Source of the DNA: Octopus sinensis
Lineage: Eukaryota
NCBI RefSeq assembly: GCF_006345805.1
Contig: NC_043003.1
Coordinates: 99,510,001-99,574,000, forward strand
Reading direction: 5' to 3'
DNA: 64,000 nt
The notes beneath the pieces are model-generated. The model saw only the letters and a program-made list of their open reading frames with translations. It was not told the DNA's origin and did no database searches. Of the stretch, positions 1 through 12,523 are shown one piece after another. The first letter of the stretch is position 1, and each line of letters begins with the position of its first letter. The translations under genes were made by a program, and so were the position numbers.

Positions 1-198
1 ACTCGCTCGTAGGTAATAGAAGTCTTTATACTTCGCACACACCATAAAAGCGCGCCAAAATCGTACCGCCTACACTTTAAACAGTCATATGACCACAAAG
101 AATTATTTTTTCGTTTTTGCTTGCAAAACCAGAGAGAGGAATTCTAATTCGTGTCGTACGAATGAGTAATTATCTGAATGTAATTTTTTTCCGTTCAT

Positions 199-244
<46 letters not shown>

Positions 245-247
<3 letters not shown>

Positions 248-455
248 GTTAAGAGACAGAGACAGGCAGAAACAAGGAAAATGCCACTTGTATTTGAACA
301 CTATGCAAATATTCTTTAAAAAAACTTTTCTTTTAATTTTTCTAAAATTTAATTGTTTTCCATACTTACAGTTGAAAAAGTTTCAATGACTGAAACCGGT
401 ACTGAAATGTTTTTTATAAAATTATTTTAGAATTTTCTATCTTGACATATTTTTC
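245..455 (+). mobile_element. Diverged 3' terminal fragment of a Penelope-like element
   Basis: Aligns by eye with 3530-3724 (aatgccactt...gaaaccggtactgaaatg...ttttctat); bounded by TA/TC/CA microsatellites. Confidence 0.75.
369..404 (+). ncRNA. Minimal hammerhead ribozyme, U3-A8 variant
   Basis: cag-TTGAAAA-agtt/gact-GAAA-ccgg-TA-ctg: stems I and II pair; palindromic CCGG replaces stem III. Confidence 0.7.
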
Positions 456-478
456 CATCTATCTATCTATCTATACAT

Positions 479-532
<54 letters not shown>

Positions 533-614
533 AAGGGTGAAAAGGAACACACGAGTTGATATATATGAAAAAACAAGTCAAAAATAGAAAATGCTAAAAT
601 AATTTTATAGTGAA

Positions 615-662
615 CATTTCAGTACCGGTTTCGGTCATTTTGAGACCTTTTCAACTGTAACG
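615..662 (-). ncRNA. Minimal hammerhead ribozyme, U3-A8 variant
   Basis: Reverse complement of the motif at 3628-3675. Confidence 0.75.
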
Positions 663-1383
663 ATTAAATAATTAAATTTAGAAAAATTAGAAGAAAAGAT
701 TTTTTAAAGAATATTTCTATAGTAGTGTTCAGATTTAAGTGGCATTCTGCCTTTCTCTGACTCCCTTGTTTGCACTTGTGTGTCGGAGGTCGTTGTGAGT
801 TCTTGGAAGGGTAGTAGAGAAGAAGGCTGGTGGGGAAAGGGGGATGGGAGAATCTGGGAGTGCCCTGATGGTCGTATTTTGAATGGTCAGTGGCGGCTGG
901 CAGTCTCAGTTCAATTCAGGAGAATATTTATATTGACAGGCTTGTTTATAGAATTAGCGTAGGTGTTATACTAAAAAACATTAGTGACAAAGTTAAGGGG
1001 TAGGGGGTGGAGAAGTAGAAGAAGAAGAAGAAGAAGGAGAAGGAGAAGATGACGATGATGGTGGTGGTGGTGATGATTATGACGACGATGATGATGATAA
1101 TGATGATGATGAAGAAGAAGAAGAAGAAGAAGAAGAAGAAGAAGAAGGAGGAGAAGGAGAAGATGGTGGTGATGATGGTGGTGATGATGATGACGACGAT
1201 GATGATGATAATGATGATGATGAAGAAGAAGAGGAAGAAGAAGAAGAAAAAAAAAACAGAGAAGGGGGAATATGAATGGGTGTAAGTATAGCTATGAAGG
1301 GGCTGATTAGTAATGGATTCTATGGAGTGTAATATTTGTGTGTGTATATATATTTTTTTCTTTTATTCTAAAGTTGAGGTATA

Positions 1384-2148
1384 TTAATTGTTTGTCGTAG
1401 ACCCGTTTAGAAGTGGCTTGTATTTTGTAATAAAGAGATTTTCTTTACTTATTCGTTGTCTCGAGGTTTTATCGTCCCTAAATTGGTAGAGGGGGAAAAT
1501 TCTGAAGTTTGGTGTTATTTTGTTGGCGCAAGTATCTATGTGTTGGCTAAAAGCTATTTTTCTGTTTTGGGGAATTTTTATCTGGGATCTGTGCAGGGCC
1601 ATTCGTTTACGCAAACCATTTTTTGTTTGGCCTATGTACTGCTCTTGACACCCGGAGCAGGTTAGTGAGTATATTAGGTTCTCCGAAGCACATGTGAAGT
1701 TGCTTTTCACTGTAAACCGTTGTCCCTGCTTGAAGGAGAACTCTGATCCCTCAATTAGATAGTCGCATATCCCGCAATTGGGTCTTCCACATTTTTTTAC
1801 TGTCGGCTTCTGTGTTGAGGAGTGAATTCGGGCTTGTGTAAGGAGACTTTTCATGGATCTAGGCTGTCTTTTGCTTTTTATGATCGTGTGTGTTTGGAGG
1901 ATTGTGTTCATTCTGTGGTCTTTTTTTAGGAGGGGTATGTTGTGGAGGATGGTGTCGAAGGCTTCGTTATTGAGAGGGTTGTGTGTGGAGATGTATGGTA
2001 AGGCTTTTGGTTGTAAGTTTTTCTTTGATTTGGGATGTCTCAGTTCCTTGATGTTAAGTTGAAGGGCACGTTGAATGCACTTGTCAATAAGTGAAGGTGG
2101 ATAGTTCCTGGTGATTAGGGTATCTTTTAGTTCTTGTAGTCGTGTGTC
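1384..2148 (-). CDS. PLE ORF C-terminal fragment (RT thumb, Cys linker, GIY-YIG endonuclease)
   Basis: DTRLQELKDTLITRNYP...CGRPNCGIC...LIYSLTCSGCQEQYIGQT...LRKRMALH...KENLFI...PLLN; appears open from the truncation point, no start codon. Confidence 0.85.
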   Translation of the reverse strand, partial: DTRLQELKDTLITRNYPPSLIDKCIQRALQLNIKELRHPKSKKNLQPKALPYISTHNPLNNEAFDTILHNIPLLKKDHRMNTILQTHTIIKSKRQPRSMKSLLTQARIHSSTQKPTVKKCGRPNCGICDYLIEGSEFSFKQGQRFTVKSNFTCASENLIYSLTCSGCQEQYIGQTKNGLRKRMALHRSQIKIPQNRKIAFSQHIDTCANKITPNFRIFPLYQFRDDKTSRQRISKENLFITKYKPLLNGSTTNN

Positions 2149-2911
2149 TACAAGAACTACAAGAACTAAAAGATACCCTAATCACCAGGAACTATCCACC
2201 TTCACTTATTGACAAGTGCATTCAACGTGCCCTTCAACTTAACATCAAGGAACTGAGACATCCCAAATCAAAGAAAAACTTACAACCAAAAGCCTTACCA
2301 TACATCTCCACACACAACCCTCTCAATACGAAGCCTTCGACACCATCCTCCACAACATACCCCTCCTAAAAAAAGACCACAGAATGAACACAATCCTCCA
2401 AACACACACGATCATAAAAAGCAAAAGACAGCCTAGATCCATGAAAAGTCTCCTTACACAAGCCCGAATTCACTCCTCAACACAGAAGCCGACAGTAAAA
2501 AAATGTGGAAGACCCAATTGCGGGATATGCGACTATCTAATTGAGGGATCAGAGTTCTCCTTCAAGCAGGGACAACGGTTTACAGTGAAAAGCAACTTCA
2601 CATGTGCTTCGGAGAACCTAATATACTCACTAACCTGCTCCGGGTGTCAAGAGCAGTACATAGGCCAAACAAAAAATGGTTTGCGTAAACGAATGGCCCT
2701 GCACAGATCCCAGATAAAAATTCCCCAAAACAGAAAAATAGCTTTTAGCCAACACATAGATACTTGCGCCAACAAAATAACACCAAACTTCAGAATTTTC
2801 CCCCTCTACCAATTTAGGGACGATACAACCTCGAGACAACGAATAAGTAAAGTAAATCTCTTTATTACAAAATACAAGCCACTTCTAAACGGGTCTACGA
2901 CAAACAATTAA
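2149..2911 (+). pseudogene. PLE RT-thumb/GIY-YIG fragment with 1-bp frameshift near 2327
   Basis: ORFs 2142-2369 and 2384-2911; reads caatacgaag where the left arm reads caataacgaag. Confidence 0.85.
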
Positions 2912-3627
2912 TATACCTCAACTTTAGAATAAAAGAAAAAAATATATATACACACACAAATATTACACTCCATAGAATCCATTACTAATCAGCCCCTTCA
3001 TAGCTATACTTACACCCATTCATATTCCCCCTTCTCTGTTTTTTTCTTCTTCTTCTTCTTCCTCTTCTTCTTCATCATCATCATTATCATCATCATCGTC
3101 GTCATCATCATCACCACCATCATCACCACCATCTTCTCCTTCTCCTCCTTCTTCTTCTTCTTCTTCTTCTTCTTCATCATCATCATTATCATCATCATCG
3201 TCGTCATAATCATCACCACCACCACCATCATCGTCATCTTCTCCTTCTCCTTCTCTTCTTCTTCTTCTTCTACTTCTCCACCCCCTACCCCTTAACTTTG
3301 TCACTAATGTTTTTTAGTATAACACCTACGCTAATTCTATAAACAAGCCTGTCAATATAAATATTCTCCTGAATTGAACTGAGACTGCCAGCCGCCACTG
3401 ACCATTCAAAATACGACCATCAGGGCACTCCCAGATTCTCCCATCCCCCTTTCCCCACCAGCCTTCTTCCTCTACTACCCTTCCAAGAACTCACAACGAC
3501 CTCCGACACACAAGTGCAAACAAGGGAGTCAGAGAAAGGCAGAATGCCACTTAAATCTGAACACTACTATAGAAATATTCTTTTAAAAAAACTTTTCTTC
3601 TAATTTTTCTAAATTTAATTATTTAAT

Positions 3628-3675
3628 CGTTACAGTTGAAAAGGTCTCAAAATGACCGAAACCGGTACTGAAATG
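3628..3675 (+). ncRNA. Minimal hammerhead ribozyme, U3-A8 variant
   Basis: cgttacag-TTGAAAA-ggtc(tcaaaat)gacc-GAAA-ccgg-TA-ctgaaatg. Confidence 0.75.
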
Positions 3676-3719
3676 TTCACTATAAAATTATTTTAGCATT
3701 TTCTATTTTTGACTTGTTT

Positions 3720-3827
<108 letters not shown>

Positions 3828-4170
3828 GATATAGTGTATATTTAAACACATAAGGAATCCACTTATAGGGATTCTACACGCTAGAAAGAACAGCTAGGTT
3901 CTATAACCACAAAAATTGGGGATAAAATTCGACAGGAATAAATTTGGAAATGAAAAACATTTACCATCTAGTTTCCTGGACCAATTGGTTTCTAATTGGA
4001 GATCTTGGGTTTTATCCCTGTACTGCTTAAGAAAAACATTTGTTTTGGTGAACTCTCTTCTGAAGACACCAAAAATCTCCAGTGTTATTAAATCCAAGCT
4101 GATTAGGTGTCCTTGATAGATGACAATCAATCGCGATGCTTAACTCATTCTAACAGCTTACATGAATTAC

Positions 4171-4283
4171 CTGTTAATGCATACAAAACCCACTAGTTCA
4201 CTGCGTGATATCCCACTTGATTGTTCTTGAACGTTGAGATTTGATGCAACGGGTGCTTTACCAACAGTATTGCTGGACTTTGC
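4171..4283 (-). other. Candidate host-gene exon (113 bp)
   Basis: ttttcag acceptor, AG/gtaatt donor, open frame AKSSNTVGKAPVASNLNVQEQSSGISRSELVGFVCINR; no recognised homology. Confidence 0.3.
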
Positions 4284-4390
4284 CTGAAAACACACATGCG
4301 CACATGCGCATACATGCTAAAAACATAAAATCGATTTCACACATCTATAAAATCGATTTCATACATCTATAAACAAATGGACGTGTATAT

Positions 4391-4463
<73 letters not shown>

Positions 4464-4465
<2 letters not shown>

Positions 4466-5690
4466 GGGGGGGTCTAAAACTGCAAGGGATATTAATGTAA
4501 CTCATAATTTCTTTGTAGATGACCTCAAGATTTATGCTAAAGATGTTAGCACTGCCAAAAAACAACTGGAATTAATATCAACATCTTCAGTTGACATAGG
4601 AATGGAATTTGGCCAGAAGAAATGTGCATATTGAATTGTTGAACGGGGAAATCAGTGCCCTAGACATAAAACCTGTGCGTCAATGGTCTCACTATTTCTC
4701 CTGTCCTACACAAAGAATGCTATCAGTACCTTGGTATTGATGAAAATATATCATACTAAAGTACTGTAAATAAAAGTAAAGTGACCCTAGAATATTACAT
4801 CAGACTAAGAAAAATATGGCAGCCTGAACTCTCTTCTTACAACAAGACAATGTTCCACGTGGCATTTACAGTACCAGTGCTGATTCCAACATTTGGGATA
4901 CTTGACTGATCTGTAGAAGAAATTCACTCCATAGACAATAAAATCTGCAAGATTCTAACATCAACTGGAAATCTCTATAAAAATAGTGATGTGGACAAGC
5001 TCTACTTAAGAAGAAACAAAGGCGGCAGGATCTTAAGATCGGAGCAGACAGCCTTTGAATGTCGTATAGTCTCTCCCAGACAGCAAAAACAATATACAAT
5101 ACCATTTGGAAAAAAGACTGTCTTGGAATAAATATAGAGAATCACGCTCTTCTTGAATGCGTTCGCAAATACCAGCACGAGGAATACTGGTGGAACATTC
5201 CCATTAAAACACTTGTTAAGTGTAAGCATAATATGTTGGATATCGTTGTTTAGGACAGACAATAAGAAAGTATCATAGAGCTGAGCTGTCCTGGTGATGT
5301 GAATATCTCTTTGAAAATCAAAAAGAAGAAAAAGAAGATAACTATAGGCAATTCCTTCGAAAACCCAGCTTCTACATCTAAATAACAAATTTACACTTAT
5401 ACCGATAATAATTGCTACACTTGGCTTTGTAAGTAAATGTCTAACTCAGTCTGGATAAGAATGTCTAACTCAGTCTGGATAAGAATGTCTAACTCAGTCT
5501 GGATAAGAAATCAACCAACTGACCCACAAATTACAAATACAATCTGTAAGAAGAACAGTAAAACTATGCAAGACTTCTCAGGTTTAAAATGTGACATTGT
5601 TTTCGTTATCTACATTCCACTACATTCCAAAGATGGCGGTTTGTATCTTTGTTAGAAATCGGCTCCTTCTTCAGAGGAAGAATTTAAATA
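4464..5690 (+). mobile_element. Degraded R4/Dong-like non-LTR retrotransposon
   Basis: HNFFVDDLKIYAK, YQYLGIDE, AVPVLIPTFGILD and DVDKLYLRRNKGGR motifs with stops and frameshifts. Confidence 0.7.
5436..5508. repeat. 24-bp perfect tandem repeat x3
   Basis: aatgtctaactcagtctggataag three times. Confidence 0.9.
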
Positions 5691-6745
5691 ATTAAATACA
5701 GAAGAGACATACATGCCTACATACATACATACATGGTGGCTGCCCCCCCCCCATTATCGAGTATGGCCCTTGCACGAAGCTTAATCAATGTTGTTATCGT
5801 GCAATGCTTGTGCAAGAAGATTTTTTTTTAAACTGAGGAAAGGCTGTGCACTGAGTCAATCCCACTCACTAAGCAACAGCAGCCATAATCCGAAAAGAAG
5901 AACAAGTCAACATCATCGGTAACCACTGAGCCGCAGGTTTTATGTCGGAGTTATCCCAGTTACCTGAGTTACCTTCTCCTAGAAGGATGCCCTAACAAAG
6001 GCTAGGAGTCCTTCACTCCCAATGGTTTAACTGCGCGATCGGGTATTCAATCCGATTATTTCTATGTCCCCGCACATGATACAGCCTTAAGACGTTTATT
6101 GAATGACTGTTGACTCTCAAGCGTTCCTCCACCCTTTGACGGGTTTTGTTTTTTATCCCGCAGGGTGTCCAATAAACACCCTCCTCACAAAGCAAGCTTG
6201 GTGGGGTTGCCGGTTTAGTCGCCGACGACCTGACCATGCAACAGGTTGTATTGGGTTACATGTTACCATTAGCACTCGAAAGTGACCTGACATAATACAT
6301 AATACCCTGTTGAAATTCCAATGAAGGAGCCTTGGATCTAGGTTAGAAACCGGCTCTTTCTCTATTGGTAAGAAATCTTGAAATAAAGCCGAAATATGAC
6401 ATATATATATATCCACCTTCATCCATTTTTTCCGTCCATTATTCCTGTTTTTTCATCTGCACCATATCCAGCCCATTTGCTATCCTATAACAATGGACTT
6501 AAATGGGAAAATATCGTACTGCTAACACAGAAGTAAGACACGGTATTGATTTGTAAACCTTTAATACACTTGGTAGTATAAGGTTGCAAAACGAAATACT
6601 GTCCATAACAGCAATTTATATAAATTTAAACACGCACGCGCATGCACACATACATACACACATATATACATAAATGTATGTATACATATATACATATATA
6701 TACACACAAATACATGTATACATACACACACACACACACACACAT

Positions 6746-6800
<55 letters not shown>

Positions 6801-6867
6801 TATGTATATATATACATATATGTGTATGTATGTATATATATATATATACACACACACACATATATAT

Positions 6868-7072
6868 TTACTTGTTTCAGTAATTTGACTATGGCCATGC
6901 TGGAGCACCGCCTTTAGTCGACCAAATCGACCTCAGGACTTATTCTTTGTAAGCCTAGTACTTATTCTATCGGTCTCTTTGACTGAACTGCTAGTTTATG
7001 GAGACATATACACACCAGCATCGGTTGTCAAGCGATTGGGAGACAAACACAGGCACACAAACACACACACAC

Positions 7073-7147
<75 letters not shown>

Positions 7148-7285
7148 GACGGAATTTTCAGTTTCCGCCTACCAAATCTACTCACAAGGCTTTGGTCGGC
7201 CCGAGGCTATAGTAGAAGACACTTACCCAAAGTGCCACGTAGTGAGTCTGAACCCGGAACCATGTGGTTGATAAGCAAGCTACTT
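6868..7285 (-). mobile_element. tRNA-derived SINE family A (octopus OK-like); head displaced to 9243-9262
   Basis: Reverse complement of 19004-19400; missing 5' head aggaatggctgtgtggtaagt lies at 9243-9262. Confidence 0.85.
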
Positions 7286-9242
7286 TATTTTATATCATTT
7301 GCCATAAGGGCAGTACACAGCTATATAGCTTTGCGGGCTGGACAAGACATTAATGAGGCGAATGATAATAATACAAGATGATAAAGATGGGAGAAGACAG
7401 AATGCGCCCGCCTACCCTCTGCTTTTCTAAAAAATTATTCGTTAAAAATAACATATATAGAGGTATTAAACCTCTTACAAATATATACAAAAAATTGGAG
7501 GCGATAAACCTCTTACGTTAACTCAATTAACTCTTTTGCGGCCTGCAGATATTCCTGCAACCACCAATCAGAGCCCCCCCAAAATAATCTGTAGTCCTCC
7601 TTTGGGAAGTATCTTGACCTGTGGAAAAAAATCTTTTCTTTCCAGTACCAGTGCAGCCACCTGCAAAGGCCACTCTGGACTGTCAATAAAAATCGGGTCC
7701 ATCAGAACCCAACTATCAAGATTATTTTCCACATACTCCTCAGTCGCCCCTCCCCTGCGATAGAGGAATACAAATTCCTCATCATTTTCATTGAGAGGGA
7801 CCTCAACTACCTTGCTCGGTGGCACACATCCCACCTTTTTCTTTCTCTTTCCCTTTGCGACGGGAGGGTGGAGCTCCTCCGGCATGTCCGGAGGTCCCCC
7901 CTCCCCTCCCGCCACCTCAGGGTCCATCGGTGGGCAACCATTGTTGCCCACCTTCTTTCTCTTAGTGCCTTTTCTCGAGGAGGTTACCTCCTTCTCGACT
8001 TTCTCCCTCTCTCCCTCCAATGAAGGAGCAACAGGCTCCGTTGGAGGAACAGGGGATTTACGGTCATCAATAAACAACTGTTCCAGGACCTTCGCCTGGT
8101 CCCGGCAACAGTTCTTCTTCATGTGCCCTGATTCCGGACACAGGTAACACTTGAGGGGAGGGCGTCCCTCAATGATCACCGGGTGCCTGGAACCGGCCAT
8201 TGTCAGGAAATCTGGTAAAACCAGATCTTCGGTCGATTGGGCCTATAGGGTCAAAATTGCTTTTGACCCGACCCAATCGACCGCAGATTGTATTTTTTCA
8301 TTCAAGAGCCTGGCAGGGCCACCTCCCAGCCTCGACGGATAGAATCTTCTATCCATTCAGCTTCTATACCGGGCGGCAGCCCACACACCCAGGCTCTTGT
8401 CAGTTTGCACTCACGTGGGGAGAAACAAAATCTTCCTCCCATCTATAGGTTGGCTCGCAAATTTCTGAGCCTCCGTAGGGGTGTCGAAAAGCACACACAC
8501 CGTTGCGTACTTTGCACCCCTATGGATGAACCTATAAGTTGGCACAAATCCTGCTAACTCTTCTTCAATTTCACTCTAAGGGAATACACAGATGGTGTCG
8601 CGGACTTTTCAATAAGTCCGCAACACCACCGTTCTCTCATCATTGTTTTAACCACTCCTTGGGGGCCATAATTCGCCACTCCAAGGTTTTCTTATATTTG
8701 GTTGCCATTAATAAAATAAACTAAAATATATAAATCCACAACAAAATCAAAAATGTTCAAATAAAAGTCTCTAATGCAAACACAAAAAAGAGCAGAGAGA
8801 CAGACAAGACAAAAAGAACGAAGGAAGTCAGTTCAAATGGCAACAACATTCAACTCTGATAATCCTTCGTAGCACAATTAAAAATCCCTTGCAGCATAAA
8901 AATAGCAGCAAAAAGTTCCTGGTTGTACTCCAAATGGTAAAATTCTGGTTGTACTCCAATTGGTAAAATCCACGAAGTGCACACAGTCACATAAAATCAT
9001 AAATTTTCCGAGGGACACGCCTCCCGAAAACACACAATTCTCACTAAAAAGTGAGTCTTTTAGTACGACCACTGGCAAACAAATGTCTGGAACCCAGTGG
9101 AGAGCCTTGTTCGAAAAAATATTAACCATGCGGACAATAGACTTCACTAAGCTCCCAAAAATGCTTTACCTGTGGTCGTGCTTCAAATGTTCAATTTTTC
9201 ACGTACGGTGTGACTTCCATCGCGACGAAAAACAACGCGACA
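7286..9242 (-). mobile_element. ORF1-only Tx1/L1-clade element (HAL1-like)
   Basis: 5' UTR, ORF1 with CCHC knuckle, short 3' UTR ending ccttatggcaaatgatataaaataa; no EN/RT sequence; splits a SINE. Confidence 0.7.
7568..8200 (-). CDS. LINE ORF1 (Gag-like) C-terminal part with zinc knuckle
   Basis: VIIEGRPPLKCYLCPESGHMKKNC; homologous to LLVEGRKPRCYKCGEKDHIRAEC at 57214-57711; upstream part frameshifted. Confidence 0.75.
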   Translation of the reverse strand: MAGSRHPVIIEGRPPLKCYLCPESGHMKKNCCRDQAKVLEQLFIDDRKSPVPPTEPVAPSLEGEREKVEKEVTSSRKGTKRKKVGNNGCPPMDPEVAGGEGGPPDMPEELHPPVAKGKRKKKVGCVPPSKVVEVPLNENDEEFVFLYRRGGATEEYVENNLDSWVLMDPIFIDSPEWPLQVAALVLERKDFFPQVKILPKGGLQIILGGL

Positions 9243-9269
9243 ACTTACCACACAGCCATTCCTATAGAT

Positions 9270-9340
<71 letters not shown>

Positions 9341-10009
9341 CATACATACATACATACATACATACATACATACACTCACACACACATATACATACATACG
9401 CATACAAAAACATACATACACGCACATATATGTGAATGGTTGCTTATATGTCAAGTTATATATATATAAGCAATTTCACATTAAACTGATGGAAGACTGA
9501 AGAATTTTAATCAAAGAAAAGGTTGACACACAGTTTGGACTGCCTGATGTCATCCGCAGTTGGGGTATATTTCCGTTGGATCTACTTCAGAATCTACTAA
9601 TAATTCTTCAGTAACCAGAAGATAGAGTTGGTATTTATATTTTTATATAAATACGCGCACATACACACATACAGAAGTGTACGCATATACCCATACTTAT
9701 ACATATACATATATATATATGTATACCTATATACATATATAATCTTTATTTTGTATAACGACCGTTTTACAAAATAAAGATTAACACCAAATCCATCTAC
9801 TGGTTACTTGAGAAATTATAATCATATATACTATCAGAAAGACCACCCTCCGGATTTGGTTGACGGAAACTGAAAGAAGCCCGTAGGATAAAGTGGCGAG
9901 CCATGAGTTGAGACTGAGTGTCAAAATCATGGTCGTCACTACAGAGCCTGCGTAGACGGAGGAATTGGGAATAGGGGATGGAAAGCTTAGTGTGTTCGGG
10001 GCGATTTCT

Positions 10010-11160
10010 ACCAGCAGATCTCGGGAGTGGCCATGAGAACGAGAATGGGCCTCAACTATGCGAACCTGTTCGTTGGCTATGTTGAGGCCCAAATATTCTC
10101 CAGTTTCACTGATCCCACTCCCGAACTATATGGCCGTTATATTGACGACTGTATCGGTGCCATCTCACTCACCCGCGAACATCTAGACTCCTTCCTCTCT
10201 TCTGTCAAATCTTTCCATCCTGCCTTCCACTTCTCCTGCACTAACTCTGACACCTCTGTCTCCTTTCTTGACATTTCGGTCAGCATTCATCACTCCACTC
10301 TTACCACCTCCATCCACTACAAACACACAGACTCACACTCATACCTCAACTTCTCCTCCCGCCCCGAACACACTAAGCTTTCCATCCCCTATTCCCAATT
10401 CCTCCGTCTACGCAGGCTCTGTAGTGACGACCATGATTTTGACACTCAATCTCAACTCATGGCTCGCCACTTTATCCTACGTGGATATCCCCTCACCACT
10501 GTCCACACCGCCCTTGCCAGAGCACGTTCCATGGACCGTGCATCTGCTCTCTCTCCCCTAACCCGCCCTGCAGGCTTCCGCCTCCCTTTTCCCCTCACAT
10601 ACCACCCCACCACCCTACCTCTCCAACGCACCATTCTCCGAGCTTTCCGACATCTCCAGTTCGACCCGTCCACTTCACACATCTTCTTCAACCGACCCCT
10701 CCCCTCCTTCAAACGAGCCCACAACCTACGAGACCTCTTGGTCCACAGCTTCTTCTCCAACCTTACCTTCCAACCTGGCTTGTTCCCTTGCTCCCGCCCA
10801 CGCTGCCGCACTTGCCCTTACCTCTCCAAAACACCTTCCTCACCGGCACCCATCATCGACTCTATCGCATCACCGACTCCTTCACATGCACCTCTACCAA
10901 TATCATCTATTGCATCTCCTGCTCTCTCTCTGCCATTCTCTGTACATCAAACAAGCGGGATGCCGCTCGGCTGACCGGTTCGCGGAACACCTCCGAGACA
11001 TCTGCCTCGGTCTCACGCCATTTCCGCTCTACCGGCGACTCTTTGTCCGTGTTTTGCATAGAGGCCATCCTGACTCCCGTTTGCGCTGTGAACAGGGATT
11101 AATCTTCTCTCTTCGCTCCTTTAAGCCATTTGGGCTCATCTCTCTTCCCCTCTTCATCTA
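10010..11160 (+). pseudogene. PLE reverse transcriptase plus GIY-YIG, frameshifted
   Basis: AMRTRMGLNYANLFV, YGRYIDDCIG, SFLDI, IPYSQFLRLRRLCS, CSRPRCRTC, FTCTSTNIIYCISC. Confidence 0.88.
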
Positions 11161-11229
11161 ACCTCCTCTCCTTCCCTCTCTCCCCCCTCCTACTTCCTCT
11201 CACCCACCTCTCCTCTCTTGCTCCGACTC

Positions 11230-11490
11230 CTACTTCTCTTCACCCCTACTCTCTTTCTCTCTTCTCTCTTACTCTCTTTCTCTCTTCTCTCTTACTCTCT
11301 TTCTCTCTTCACCCTTACTCTCTTTCTCTCTTCTCTCTTACTCTCTCACTCTCTCTTTCTCTCTTCTCTCTTACTCCCTTTCTCTCTTCTCTCTTACTCT
11401 CTTACTCTCTTTCTCTCTTCTCTCTTCTCTCTTACTCTCTTACTCTCTTTCTCTCTTCTGTCTTCTCTCTTACTCTCTTTCTCTCTACTC
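11230..11490. repeat. CT-rich ~23-bp minisatellite in PLE 3' UTR
   Basis: Repeated tactctctttctctcttctctct units. Confidence 0.8.
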
Positions 11491-12120
11491 ACATATCCAC
11501 CTTCCCCTTCGCCCTTCATCGTCAACCGTCCCCATAAGCCCACCCCACCCTTACACATTCCTACTCCACCTTCCCTATCCTTCTCATCCCTTATACCCAC
11601 CTCTCCCACATACCCACCTCTCCCCCCACCCTCTGCCTACCCACAAATCCCCACCTCTACCCCCACCCTCTACCTACCCACATACCCCAAATCTACTCCA
11701 ACCCTCAGCCTAACCCACACCCCACACCCCACCCGTGCTTTCCCACTCATGCCTCCCAACAACATCACACCACACCACACTACACCATACAACATTACAC
11801 ATCACATCACAACACACCACCCACACACCAGCACTGACCAATTCCCATCCGCACATTTTCACACCTATACATACACACACGCACACGTCAAGATCACCAG
11901 CCCTCTTTCACAAGCACATACATACTCTCTTTTACACACACGCGCACCTTCGTGTTGGGGGTCATCTTTACTTTGTTATCTCCCCTACCTCTTCGATCTC
12001 CTGTGTGATCCTTCTATTATCTTTCTCTCCTTTTTTTCCTGAGCGCAATACTAATACATCTGTTTGCTTTATACACCACCTTTCTTCGTCTTTTGTTTTT
12101 TTCGTGAACTCTCCCCCTAT

Positions 12121-12362
12121 ACATATATATACATATATATGTGTGTATGTAAATGTTTGTGTGTCTGTGATTGTCACCCACCGTCGCTTGACAACCGACG
12201 TCCGTGTGTTTATGCCCCCGTAACTAGCGCTTTGGCAAAAGGGACCGACCGAATAAGTACTAGGCTTACAAAGAATCAATCCTAGAGTTGATTTGTTCGA
12301 CTAAAAGCGGTGCTTCAGCATTACCAGAATCAAATGAATGAAACAAGTAAAAGAATAAGAGA
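12121..12362 (+). mobile_element. SINE family A, 3' half
   Basis: Matches 19170-19400. Confidence 0.8.
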
Positions 12363-12523
12363 ATATATATTTATGCATAAATATATATGTATATCTCTCT
12401 CTCTCCCCCTCTCTCTCTATATATATATACATACACACACACATATATATGCATGTGTGTGTGTGTGTGTGTGTTTGTGTAGTAAGGTAGATAAATAGTG
12501 TTAGGCTTTATACACATATTTAC

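Larger units (their letters stand above)
561..2148 (-). mobile_element. 5'-truncated Penelope-like element, left arm of palindrome
   Basis: RT-thumb plus GIY-YIG coding sequence, GAA/GAT-rich 3' UTR, terminal HHR; reverse complement of 2149-3726. Confidence 0.9.
9885..12120 (+). mobile_element. 5'-truncated Penelope-like element with inverted 5' segment, inserted in a SINE
   Basis: RT and GIY-YIG remnants; SINE middle at 9852-9884 and SINE remainder from 12121. Confidence 0.85.

Noticed and set aside
1049-1285. Poly-Met/Lys and poly-Asp/Glu ORFs (also 3010-3304)
   Set aside because: Translations of GAT/GAA microsatellites in a PLE 3' UTR.
2384-2911. Selenocysteine-recoded (Naiad-type) PLE or domesticated GIY-YIG gene
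   Set aside because: No in-frame TGA; the ORF is a truncated transposon end with UTR and HHR attached.
5436-5508. CRISPR-like array
   Set aside because: Head-to-tail repeats without spacers, eukaryotic context, no cas genes.
11130-12285. Long Leu/Ser/Pro/His-rich ORFs
   Set aside because: Stop-free because of CT/CA repeats; no domain.
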